From Prorocentrum cordatum (lineage: Eukaryota): a stretch of 56,872 nucleotides of DNA. How positions within the stretch are numbered: position 1 is the first letter of the stretch; each line of letters starts with the position of its first letter. The DNA is taken from the NCBI GenBank assembly GCA_963575745.1, contig CAUYUJ010000058.1:62001-118872 (forward strand). The letters are read 5' to 3'. Positions 19,531 to 28,632 of the stretch are shown in pieces. The notes under the pieces are model-generated. The model was not told the origin of the DNA and did not search any database. It was given only the letters and a program-made list of their open reading frames with translations. The position numbers and the translations under genes are program-made.

Positions 19531-19960
19531 CAGGAAAAGAAACGGTTGGTAAAGAATGCGTAGCAAATTCTGAAGCGAGCCTCCCGACGATTCATGAATA
19601 TGCGAGACGGTTCGACCGGCCAAAGCCGCCCGCACTCCGAACAACAGTTACCAAAATGACATATCAAATTTTGAACAGCTAATATCAAGATATCCGTCCA
19701 ACCAAATCTTCCGCAACAAAACCAAGATAACACATCACACATTGATGTAAACATTATCCAATCACTTGAAAAGGTGCACTCATCTTCTCTTCACCCGAGA
19801 GGGTGCACTCACAACCTCTTCAACCAACCAACGAAGACAACGTTGGCAGTGAATCTGAATAGAATATCTTCGACCACCCAACGTAAACACACAATTGGTC
19901 GTGAAATCCCAACACAATCTCTGCAACATCCAACGTAAGCGCAACGTTGGTAGTGACATC

Positions 19961-20860
19961 TCAGCGTAAGCGAGCTGACGTGATGATGCTGTAGGCGATG
20001 TTAGTCTTGATACTCGGATCCAGACTGTTGCTCCTGCTCTCGTCTGCGTCAAGCTTCAGACACTGGCCCAAGCAATTGGCATACTGATTGTCCTTGCTAT
20101 ATATGTCTGCGAAGCTGCTGCCCTCGTATTTGCCACTCTTAATGCGCATCGGTCCCAGTGTAGCCAACCACAGCTTCAGGAGAGCACTGCCCCCCAGGTA
20201 GATATGTCAATCCTCCGTGACCTCGTCGGAGTACGTCTCCGCCTCAGGCTCAGCATTTAGGCGTAGTGTAGCTGTCATGAGTTTTGCCTGCTTGGGCACC
20301 TCCGCCCTGAAAAGGTTGTCGCTGTTTGAACTGTCCACCTCCATCGGTGCCATACCGAAATTATCGTCGTCGCTCTGCTTAGGCTGTATCACGTAGATAA
20401 ACACGATGACTCCCGCAATGATAGAAACCAACGCCACCACCGTAGGAGACATCGAAAGACAAACTCCAGACAGTGCAAGTGCGCGATCTGAATCAGAACT
20501 GCAACTTGGTCAGGTATCTGGATGGTTCGCTGCGCGCCACTCCTGTCTTCTGGGTAGTTGTCCATCGCATCGTCCATGTAGAATGTTTCGACACAGTGGG
20601 TCTCGCCATAATTCTCGCCCTTGTCATTGTAGAAGCACTCGTCCACATAGTTGTATGTCTCCACCGGCCAGGTAGATATCTCGTCGTTCCCATCGGTCGT
20701 CGTACAGCGCCTTCTTGACGTACTTAGCCATCTTCGCGTTCGGGTCGTCGACCTCCTTGTTGGCTGCCACCTTCTCTGGTCCAACTAGAATTCCGTCCGC
20801 GTATTGATGGTGCTCTGTCATCAGGCCCAAGAGTCCACAAGTTAGATATCACAACTTTCC
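19961..20860 (-). pseudogene. Extra coding-like region between RNase H and 3' LTR (hydrophobic helix plus GKYxG-type motif); function unknown
   Basis: Same-strand ORF fragments 20389..20784, 20207..20452 (VVALVSIIAGVIVFIYVI, transmembrane-like) and 19961..20167 (GKYEGSSFADIYSKDNQY). The sequence is complex, not microsatellite. Confidence 0.5.
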
Positions 20861-21360
20861 TCGCGCTGTCTCCTGGAAGCACTGTCGTCAGACAGTCCGC
20901 TAGCATATGCTCGCTCTTGACCCAGTTGATGCTGCCCTCCTTTGGTGACTGACGTAGTATACCCGCCTCCAGAGAACAGAGAACGACTCCTATCCGTCAT
21001 ATATACCTTCTCCGTCGTGATCGTGTCATACAGGCTCTTGCAGTCGGTGACCGAAATGCGTTTCAGTATGCAGGTGTCATGCGCGGTTTCGGCCGCATCC
21101 ATCTCTGGGTACAGGATCTCCGCCTAGGAGGACCCTGTCCAAATCAACGTTTCCACCGAATCTGCACATGAGTATGCCTCCGCCGATCGAGTAGATCGCA
21201 CCACTCGTTGAGTCTTTGAAGACCGCCACCTAATGCACTGTACCTTGTACTTGGTGCCGTTGGCCTCATCGATCTTCTCGTCACCTAGCATGATGAAATG
21301 TCCTCATTGATCTTCTCGTCACCTAGCACGATGAAGTGTCGAACACGTTGATCACCGTGG
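20860..21360 (-). pseudogene. RNase H domain of the copia element (frameshifted)
   Basis: Copia RNase H motifs are split across frames: VFDTS; WRSSKTQRVVRSTRSAEAY (~21170-21230); TDCKSLYD (21025-21048); MLADCLT (start 20906). A 38-bp local duplication interrupts it at ~21266-21340. Confidence 0.85.
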
Positions 21361-24300
21361 TCTTCCACAGGTTCAGACCAGCTGAGAACTTGATCAGTAA
21401 GTCGTCCCGCTTCTGGATTCTCCTGGTAGCCGCATTCCCATCCTGTAGATCCTTCACCGTCGGAGCTCCCAGCGTTGATGCCAATCGGGGTGTTTCGAAC
21501 GCTTCTTCGAAACAAATCATTCGCGCAGCCCGCTGCAGTTGTCCAACCACCATTCGTAGTCCTCGGTGCTCTGCAGGGGTAAGTGCACTGTCAGGTGCTT
21601 CGCTGCGCTCCCTGGAGACACGCACAATCTGCATAGACTTCACATAGGCCTCCATGGTGACGTTGATGCTGTCGTCCTTGTCTTGCTGATAGGCCCGGCC
21701 ACAGAACGTCGCCTTCCCCTGCCTCGCGTACTTGACCTCGCCAAAGTCAATCTCCTTGTGAAGGTCCTTTATGATCTTGGCGCCCTCAGGGTCGTCCTGC
21801 TGGATGCCAATGAGGAAGTCGTCAACGTGTAGACACATGATCCCGATGATCGTGTTCTCCTTGTTGCGCTTGATGAAGTTCGCGGCTTCGACGCTCTGGC
21901 CTTCCCATCCAAGCTTCACGAGCGTCTCGCGCAGCGCCACGTACCAAGCTCTTGCCGCATCGTTGGTCCCGTAGATGTTCTTATTAAGCTTCAGCAGGTC
22001 GCCTGCCCTACCACCTGGGATAGTACACTTCCCAAGGTTCGTCGGGATCCGAAAGTAGAGCTCGCGTGTGCTCGCCTTGCCTTGTAGAAAGGCTCCCTTC
22101 ACATCTGCAACGACTAGGTCCAAGTTGAGGCTCGATACGATGCTGCACAAAAGTAGCGTCATTTCTGCTGAGACTGTCGGAGAGTCTCGACGTAGCTTGT
22201 CGTCGAACTCCTCCTCGTAGCCCATTCCACATATTCTCGCCTTCGGCTCAAAGGTCGTAGGGTCTTTGTCCGCCCAGACCACCTTGGAGCTTAGGATCTT
22301 GTCTGGGTCTATTTTCTCAACCGCTGCTCTAGATATGTGGGTTGCTGCATCGCACTTGCACCAGGTATTCCACTCCTTCTCCACTGCTCTCTGCATCTTC
22401 TTCCACTTGAGCTTGTCGTCGCCCAGCGTCTTCAGGTTGATCTCCTGAGGCTTGTTAGCCCTTGTCGGCTGGGTGCACATCCCCTCGGCCACGAATGCTT
22501 CAACCAGGAGTGGTGTCTCCGCCAGCTGCTTGACTGGCCCCGTCTGCCCCTTCGCACGCTTGATGCTGATGGGTACGTTGTCCAGCAGGAACTCCTTAAG
22601 CGTCACGGGATGTTCCTGGCGCTTGCTGCCCTGATGCTGCTGCTCCGGCTGTCTTGTACTCGATATTGTTGTCCCTTGCTGTTCTTCCGTTGCCGGTGTC
22701 GGCACTGTTGCCGTCTCCTCTGCCTTCTTGCGTTCTTCCATGTATCTCTGGATACTGGCAGGTACTTGAAGTTGAGCTCGGTCGTCGTGAGCATCGTCCT
22801 TCTTGGTCTGCTTGAGCTTCAGGTCCTTCTTGACCGAATACTTCGTACCACCGCGCTTCACCTCCTTGGGCTGTTCTGGCTCCTCCATGATCTCGTCAGT
22901 GTTGCCGCCACTTGGAGACCCAGGCTGTGAGGCTGCAGGTTGTTGACCACCTCCCGGTCCATCTTCAGTTCCTTCTTCCTTCATCGATGTGATCACCTCG
23001 ATGACCGTGATCGGTTGCTGTGCCACCACATCGTCGATGATCTGAGGGTCTGCTATCCAGTCAACCCTCGAGATGTCTTGAACCAGGTCGCGTGTGTCCA
23101 GATTGAACAGCCGCCTCCTCTCGATCTGATACCCTGGTGCCGGTTCGGGTAGTAGAGGTGTATTCCTGATGTTGTCCAGCTGCCTTAGGTCGGTCTTGCC
23201 CTTGCTGTTGGATGCCACTGCTCCCAGGATGGTGTCCCAGGCTTGGTGTGCTCGACGTAGTCGCGCTCGTAAATCTTCCTCTGCTTGGTCTTGATCAGCT
23301 GGTACTGGTTCGTACTCATCATCCAGCCTCTGCCGCATCGGCATCACGTCATTCTCGTGCACCACATCCGATCGTCTCTTTCTGCTGTCCGACTGCTTCG
23401 GGTGACCCTCGCCACCTTGAGCTGGTGCTGCTCCTGGTGTGTCTGGTTGTCCTTGCACTGGCTGCTGTTGTGGAGCTTCTTGCTGTCCAGGTAGCTGCTG
23501 ATGATAGTCTTGCTGTCGTTCTGTAGGCTGTTGATCTTGATGTTGGTCTGGCTGTTGATCAGGTGGTTGATCTGGCTGCTCAGCATCTCGTGCTGGATTA
23601 TATTGTTCCCCTCGAAGGTCTATAAAGCCTCTCTGTCCAGCTCGAGATCGGGCTGGCCCACCGTCTGAGAACAGGTCGGTGAACTGCATGGTCGTCACCT
23701 CGTGCTCAGTCGCTTTCCGTAGTAAATTTGGTGAGCTCAGAATCGGGATCCGATTGTGAATCAGCCAGTAGCCATGCTCGTCCCTGCCCAGGCACTGGGC
23801 AGGTCCATGCCATCGAGCATGTAGGTTTCTCTTTGGATTGTCCGATCGCCAGAACATCAGTAGATCACCGTGCTGGAAGGGCCCTGGCTGGGGCCTTGTC
23901 CTTGCCAGCACTGTCCGCCTCAAAGCAGATGAGATAGCTGCCTTGAAGAAGGACTCCGAGCACATTTGCTGAAGGTGTAGTCGATTCCAGAACGATGTCT
24001 TTTCAGCTACCCTGGGAACTACTGCTAGGTCGTTGTCGGGATTCGCCAAACTCGCAGGTAGTCGATGTCCAGCTCCTAGTACCCACTGCTGTGGTGAAAA
24101 GCCCGCTGTGCTAACCAGCTGGTTGTACGCGTTGGCCATGCCTCGCACTGCAGCTGCAACTGAATCCTGACCACGAATTTCTCCAGCATTGAAGACACTC
24201 GTCGCCATCTCTTTTAGGTAACGTATCTTCCTCTCGACTTTGCCCATTTGCCAGTGAGCTTCTGGCGCAGCGTTGTTGATCACCAGGCAGAGGTCGTTGC

Positions 24301-26158
24301 ACAGTGTCTCGAACTCGCCCATGAAGGTAGAGTCCTGGTCCTGCTCAACCGCAGTAAGTGGTCCAGCCCAGGTCAGCCATCCAAGCTCGAAAGCCTTCTT
24401 AACCAACTCTGTTGTCGGTCTTGATCCAGGATACGTGTAAATAGCCACTGTAAAGTCCGATGCAATATCCACGATCACAAGCACCACGTGCATATTCTTG
24501 TCCATGTCGGGTATGATCATGTAATCCATGCCAATGGCCTCGTTAAAGTTTCTAACCTGGGGTTGAGCTGCTGTAGGTCTGGCTGTCGTCCGAGCCTGGT
24601 CCTCACACGCTGTGCATCTGAAGAGTCGTGCTGCTTGCACCGCTCGTCGACGAGCTCCACCGTGCTGTAGGTATCGTACTAATGACTCCTTGTAGGGTCC
24701 ATGTGAATGGCTTTCGTGTACCTTCTTGATAGCTGCTCGCATAAGTGGCGATACCGCCGTCCATTCCACCATCTCGATGTTGTCGCCGTGCTTGCTGAAG
24801 ATCGTCGCTGCACTCGCGTGCATGGGTGCCTCCGCCTCTGCGGGATTGGCCTCGATCTCGTCAAGCTCGATGTCATCGAATTTGTTGGCGTACCTGGCGT
24901 ACCCACCATGCTGCTTCTCGAGGTCCCGCTGATTCTCGATGCCGTCCATGATCGTCTTAGCCAGTTTCGCCGTCCAGTTGCCAAGACTTGACGCTGTTCC
25001 CTTCGGCCTGTTGATTACGCTCGTGTGTTCGTTCGTGTTGTCACACCTGATGCTGTTGAGCTTTGCGCTTGGCATGATGGCCGTAGTCAGGAACCGCGTT
25101 GGCTTCTTGACGGAATCGCCCATGAAGTCCACCAGGTTGCCGCCCTCGGCGCATTGGTGCGTCATCGCGGCCACAAACTCTGAGCCTAGCCACGGCATGA
25201 ACTTCCACGCCTTGGATGTCAGCGGGTTCTCCAGTAGCATGTGTGCTTCTCGACGCTTGCAGTTGAGGCAGATCTGCTTGCCGAACCGCAGGTGCTTCAT
25301 GCCAGTTTCCAGCTTCATCATCCTTGTCTTCTGCGGAAGCATGTGCGATATGTTCGTGAACGGATCGCATGGAAAACCCACGATAGTCATGTAGGGGTCG
25401 TTTTCGTCCAGTTGCTTCAGCACTTTCCGCTGTGACTTAATGTCCAGTAGGTCGTCCCCTATCAGGATGTCCCTTGGTCTCGTAGTAGGGCGTCGCCGCT
25501 GCTGAGCTTCCGATGTGGCTGCCATGCCACTAGCATAGAGCTCGCATATGATAGACCGTTTCTCCTCTGGGTCCGCCTTTAGCGTCTCCACGACTTGCTG
25601 ACACTGGTCCAGCTTGTCCTGCATCTCTTTCTCCCACGTCTTGATATGCTTCCTCTGCTTTCGTCGTAGGATGCCCTTGTCTATCTCTTGCACCTCCGCG
25701 GTCCAGATGTCGATCTCATCCGTCATAACTGATGGTACTGTTTTGGTCGTTTCTTTCTTCGGCCAGTCCTTGATTGAGATCGTCAGGTGCCCCTTCTCGG
25801 TCTTGTTGAGCGGCACCCCGTACTTGTTGTTCGCCTTGAAGTCCGCTTTCCGCTCCTTCACGTACAGCATTGTGTCTAGCTCCTCCAGCTGGTGGATGCT
25901 GAGCAGTATTGGCGTCTTCGATTTCGGCAGCCTCTGGAATCGTATATTCACGTCGGCTCCTGCAAGTCCAGCTGTCACCTCCTGCTCGCCTTCTGCCATG
26001 ACGGGGGCGCTATCATTCACGCCTCGGAAGCGCATGGATGAGCCCCTCATCCTCGTAGTGACCCTGCTGTCCTCCACGTAGCCGTCCAACGCTAGTGAAC
26101 CTCCACATCCTTGTAGGCACGCCGTGTCCAGTACAGCATGTCCATCTGGAGTAAGTCC
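21323..26158 (-). CDS. pol: pol polyprotein frame: aspartic protease, C5-DNMT-like domain, integrase, reverse transcriptase and start of RNase H
   Basis: The 1588-aa ORF stays open upstream to 26158 and contains protease VLDTAC (LDTAC 26117-26131). Integrase: HHCC (HESHSH...CTAC, 24605-24718) and D,D(35)E (IGMD 24524, EQD 24338, VER 24233). RT motifs: KARICGMG, DVKGAFLQG, LNKNIYGTNDAARAW and HVDD (21818-21829). RNase H starts at VFDTS. Confidence 0.93.
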   Translation of the reverse strand, partial: GLTPDGHAVLDTACLQGCGGSLALDGYVEDSRVTTRMRGSSMRFRGVNDSAPVMAEGEQEVTAGLAGADVNIRFQRLPKSKTPILLSIHQLEELDTMLYVKERKADFKANNKYGVPLNKTEKGHLTISIKDWPKKETTKTVPSVMTDEIDIWTAEVQEIDKGILRRKQRKHIKTWEKEMQDKLDQCQQVVETLKADPEEKRSIICELYASGMAATSEAQQRRRPTTRPRDILIGDDLLDIKSQRKVLKQLDENDPYMTIVGFPCDPFTNISHMLPQKTRMMKLETGMKHLRFGKQICLNCKRREAHMLLENPLTSKAWKFMPWLGSEFVAAMTHQCAEGGNLVDFMGDSVKKPTRFLTTAIMPSAKLNSIRCDNTNEHTSVINRPKGTASSLGNWTAKLAKTIMDGIENQRDLEKQHGGYARYANKFDDIELDEIEANPAEAEAPMHASAATIFSKHGDNIEMVEWTAVSPLMRAAIKKVHESHSHGPYKESLVRYLQHGGARRRAVQAARLFRCTACEDQARTTARPTAAQPQVRNFNEAIGMDYMIIPDMDKNMHVVLVIVDIASDFTVAIYTYPGSRPTTELVKKAFELGWLTWAGPLTAVEQDQDSTFMGEFETLCNDLCLVINNAAPEAHWQMGKVERKIRYLKEMATSVFNAGEIRGQDSVAAAVRGMANAYNQLVSTAGFSPQQWVLGAGHRLPASLANPDNDLAVVPRVAEKTSFWNRLHLQQMCSESFFKAAISSALRRTVLARTRPQPGPFQHGDLLMFWRSDNPKRNLHARWHGPAQCLGRDEHGYWLIHNRIPILSSPNLLRKATEHEVTTMQFTDLFSDGGPARSRAGQRGFIDLRGEQYNPARDAEQPDQPPDQQPDQHQDQQPTERQQDYHQQLPGQQEAPQQQPVQGQPDTPGAAPAQGGEGHPKQSDSRKRRSDVVHENDVMPMRQRLDDEYEPVPADQDQAEEDLRARLRRAHQAWDTILGAVASNSKGKTDLRQLDNIRNTPLLPEPAPGYQIERRRLFNLDTRDLVQDISRVDWIADPQIIDDVVAQQPITVIEVITSMKEEGTEDGPGGGQQPAASQPGSPSGGNTDEIMEEPEQPKEVKRGGTKYSVKKDLKLKQTKKDDAHDDRAQLQVPASIQRYMEERKKAEETATVPTPATEEQQGTTISSTRQPEQQHQGSKRQEHPVTLKEFLLDNVPISIKRAKGQTGPVKQLAETPLLVEAFVAEGMCTQPTRANKPQEINLKTLGDDKLKWKKMQRAVEKEWNTWCKCDAATHISRAAVEKIDPDKILSSKVVWADKDPTTFEPKARICGMGYEEEFDDKLRRDSPTVSAEMTLLLCSIVSSLNLDLVVADVKGAFLQGKASTRELYFRIPTNLGKCTIPGGRAGDLLKLNKNIYGTNDAARAWYVALRETLVKLGWEGQSVEAANFIKRNKENTIIGIMCLHVDDFLIGIQQDDPEGAKIIKDLHKEIDFGEVKYARQGKATFCGRAYQQDKDDSINVTMEAYVKSMQIVRVSRERSEAPDSALTPAEHRGLRMVVGQLQRAARMICFEEAFETPRLASTLGAPTVKDLQDGNAATRRIQKRDDLLIKFSAGLNLWKTTVINVFDTSSC
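24938..25555 (-). CDS. C5 cytosine DNA methyltransferase-like domain within pol
   Basis: Motifs occur in canonical order: I-like ELYASG (25526-25543), IV GFPC with catalytic Cys (25367-25378), VI ENP (25223-25231), VIII-like QC...KKPTRF (25091-25156) and X-like GNWTAKLAKTIMDGI (24938-24982). Confidence 0.78.
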
Positions 26159-26501
26159 TTATCGCGTAGGCCTCGGTCTCCTCCAGCTCCTCGTAGTTCA
26201 CCTGCATGCCAGATGATGGTGCTCGATCCTCTGTGGGCTTGTAGTCCGTGCCTGTCCTGCGTTCCGTCCACAGCCTTGTCGGTCGCACTCCATGAGGTAG
26301 GCGCTCGCAGGTGCTCCTTACGATGTCTGGTAGTTCCGAGGTACTGTCCCAGGGTTCCTGAGCCCCTGTGGTGCCATCTCCATCGTGATGCGCATGAGCT
26401 GGTGGATCCGGTGTAGTGCCCAGTCCACACCAATCCATGTAATCCTTGTAGGTTGATTCCATGTTCTCACAGCTGACCCATGATGCTGCAATATGTGCTG
26501 C

Positions 26502-27863
26502 TCAATATTTGATCTTCTGTAGGTCTGCCGCTGTGGTATCCTCTTCATGGTAGTCGGTGCTCGATCTGCTGGGCCGTGTCTGTCCTGATCCAGATCCTGG
26601 CGTTTGGTCATCACTCCCCTCAGGTATGCTGTGGATCCGATTCGCTTCTCCAGGCCACTCTCGTGTCCCTTGATCGTCTCCAAGTGGTGATACCGTCCAG
26701 GTATTCACGATCTGCTCGTCGGTGTCGATCCTCACCTTCGTCAGACTCGTGGTCTCCTCCATCGTGGTCTCCATGTTCGCCAGCTGGTCATTCACGATCT
26801 GGATGGCAGTCATGTCCATTGAGCTGTCCGCCATCAGTAGCTTCACCGCAGCTGCCATCGCAAACCCAGCCCGTCGTAGAAAACCTCCAGGTCGCCCGTG
26901 AAAGCCTCGGCCACCACCTCGTCCTCCACGCAGTAAGCTGCTCGATGATCCGCCGCCCGATGGCCTTGTCTTCTCAAACTCCGGGTCGCCTTTCCAGTGA
27001 CCCGTCTTGTGGCATGCGTTGCACTTCGTGCGAGCCTTCATCTTCTTGAGCTTCTCTTCGGCTTCCTTGCCGTCCATCTTGATGAATCCCTCATCGCTCA
27101 GAAGCCCGTCCTCATCGCATACACCACACTCGTATCCAAGTAGGGCTCCTCCTCGTCATTGTCGTAGTCCACCGGGTATGTTCCATAACGTCCGTGACCA
27201 CGTTCGTCTCTGCACGTCGTGTCCAGCTGGATGAGCATCGCCGCCGTCACGTCGTCCCAGATGTAGTCGTTGTTGCACTGCCCGAGAATAGCTTTGTGCT
27301 CGGTCATGCTGAGATTGGCCAACTTTAGCAGGAAGTGTGTCCGCAGGTCTTCGCTCACTGGCGTGTTTGTTGGAAGAGAGACTCGAGCCGCGCATACTCC
27401 GTTTCCCGCCTCGATCTGTAATCTTGGAGAAGTACTCCTCCTCCTCCTCCTCCTCCTCCTCGTAATCCTCCTCCTCCCCCTCCTCGTTTCGTTTGCGAAA
27501 GCCTTTGGAGAAGTACTCCTCGAAAGCTTGCTGCTTCTGCAGTGGGGCGATCCGCTCGCAGGCTCGTCGTACCGTTGCGACCACCAGCTTCACTGCAGCG
27601 AGTGGGTCATCACCTGCTTTGTCCAACACTGCTCGCGTCGCAATCTCAGCCCTCCTCCTCGAGAGGTTCCACGCTCGCCCATTTAAGGAATTCACGGGCT
27701 TGATCGCGTGGAGCTTCTGCAGCTTCTCTTCGCTCGCATAGTAGCCGAGCATCGCGCGCTCCTCGAACTCCTCGCCGTAGGCTGGGTCGCCGTTGTAGTG
27801 TACGACTCCCTCCTTGTCCACGAAGAGGGGTCCGTCGTTGGGTTGTTGCTGCCTGGTCGCCAT
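26502..27863 (-). pseudogene. gag: gag region of the copia element (frameshifted; degenerate zinc knuckle)
   Basis: Probable start MATRQQQPNDGPLFVDKEGVVHYNGDP (ATG at 27863). It continues through ORF fragments 27156..28136, 27098..27358 and 26502..27077. The knuckle CNACHKTGHWKGDPEF (26976-27023; last Cys apparently TGT>TTT) is followed by an RGG-rich tract. Confidence 0.8.
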
Positions 27864-28153
27864 CTTGTCTGTAGTGATGGTGTTGCCGTCTCTGATGATA
27901 GTGTTGTCGTCTCTGATGCTGGCGTCGCCGTCTCTGATGATGGCGTCTCCGTCCAGCTCGTAGTAGATGTCGTTGTCACTTCTGCTGTCCAGGTTGTGGC
28001 AACGATTCCCGGCCAGGCTGCAAGTGAGGATGTTCAGCGTGTTGATCGTTGAAGGAAGTGCGCAGTGGTAAAGCACTACGAGAGTCTTGAGCGCCAGCAT
28101 ATATCTGCACGGCCACTCACAATACGAATCTCGCAACCGTAGAACTGATCCAG

Positions 28154-28171
28154 CTCCAGTCCAGGCTACCA
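28154..28171 (-). promoter_or_regulatory. tRNA primer-binding site (PBS)
   Basis: The minus strand reads TGGTAGCCTGGACTGGAG, 1 nt after the 5' LTR. TGG is complementary to tRNA 3'-CCA, and TGGTAGC is the start of initiator-Met-type PBSs. Confidence 0.8.
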
Positions 28172-28172
28172 G

Positions 28173-28387
28173 TGTAAATACAGATCACAATATCCTTCCC
28201 ACCAAGCACTTGATGCAAGCACAAGATAAGATAACTAAGATCTTTGTTAATTCCGTACTCAAAGCAAAACGTGAGTAGGTGCGTCCACCCTCCCGCCCAG
28301 CTTATGAGCCACAACGGCCATGGGCGGAAGGGAAAGATACTTCATTATCACCCTAAATATCACATCTTTGCCTATCTGATTTTCACA
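28173..28387 (-). repeat. 5' LTR of the copia element
   Basis: TGTAAATACAGATC...ATCTGATTTTCACA, with imperfect terminal inverted repeats. It aligns by eye to 19318-19530 at roughly 85-88% identity. Confidence 0.9.
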
Positions 28388-28632
28388 AAGGGAGTCCCTG
28401 GACGCAAGAAGCGACCAACGTGAGATGACAGTAGTTAGTCTATCAAGCCTAGCTAGAACTTGAGCGCGCGCGCGAAACGCGCGATGGTTCTGGTATGTTT
28501 TATATGTGTATACATACATACATACATACATACATACATACATACATACATACATGCATGTATGCATGCATGCATACATACATACAAACATGCATACCTA
28601 CATACATACATACATCCATCCATCCATACATA

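Larger units (their letters stand above)
19318..28387 (-). mobile_element. Ty1/copia LTR retrotransposon carrying a C5 DNA methyltransferase-like domain; frameshifted in gag and RNase H
   Basis: Two ~215 bp direct repeats bounded by TG...CA (19318-19530 and 28173-28387). AAGG lies on both outer flanks (19314-19317, 28388-28391). A PBS sits next to the right-hand LTR. Minus-strand domain order is gag-PR-(DNMT)-IN-RT-RH, with integrase before RT, which defines copia. Confidence 0.95.

Noticed and set aside
23790..23825. Gypsy assignment from the RWHGPA (GPY/F-like) motif after integrase
   Set aside because: IN-before-RT order and the RT/RNase H motifs (DVKGAFL, YGTNDA, HVDD, TDCKSL, LADCLT) are copia-type.
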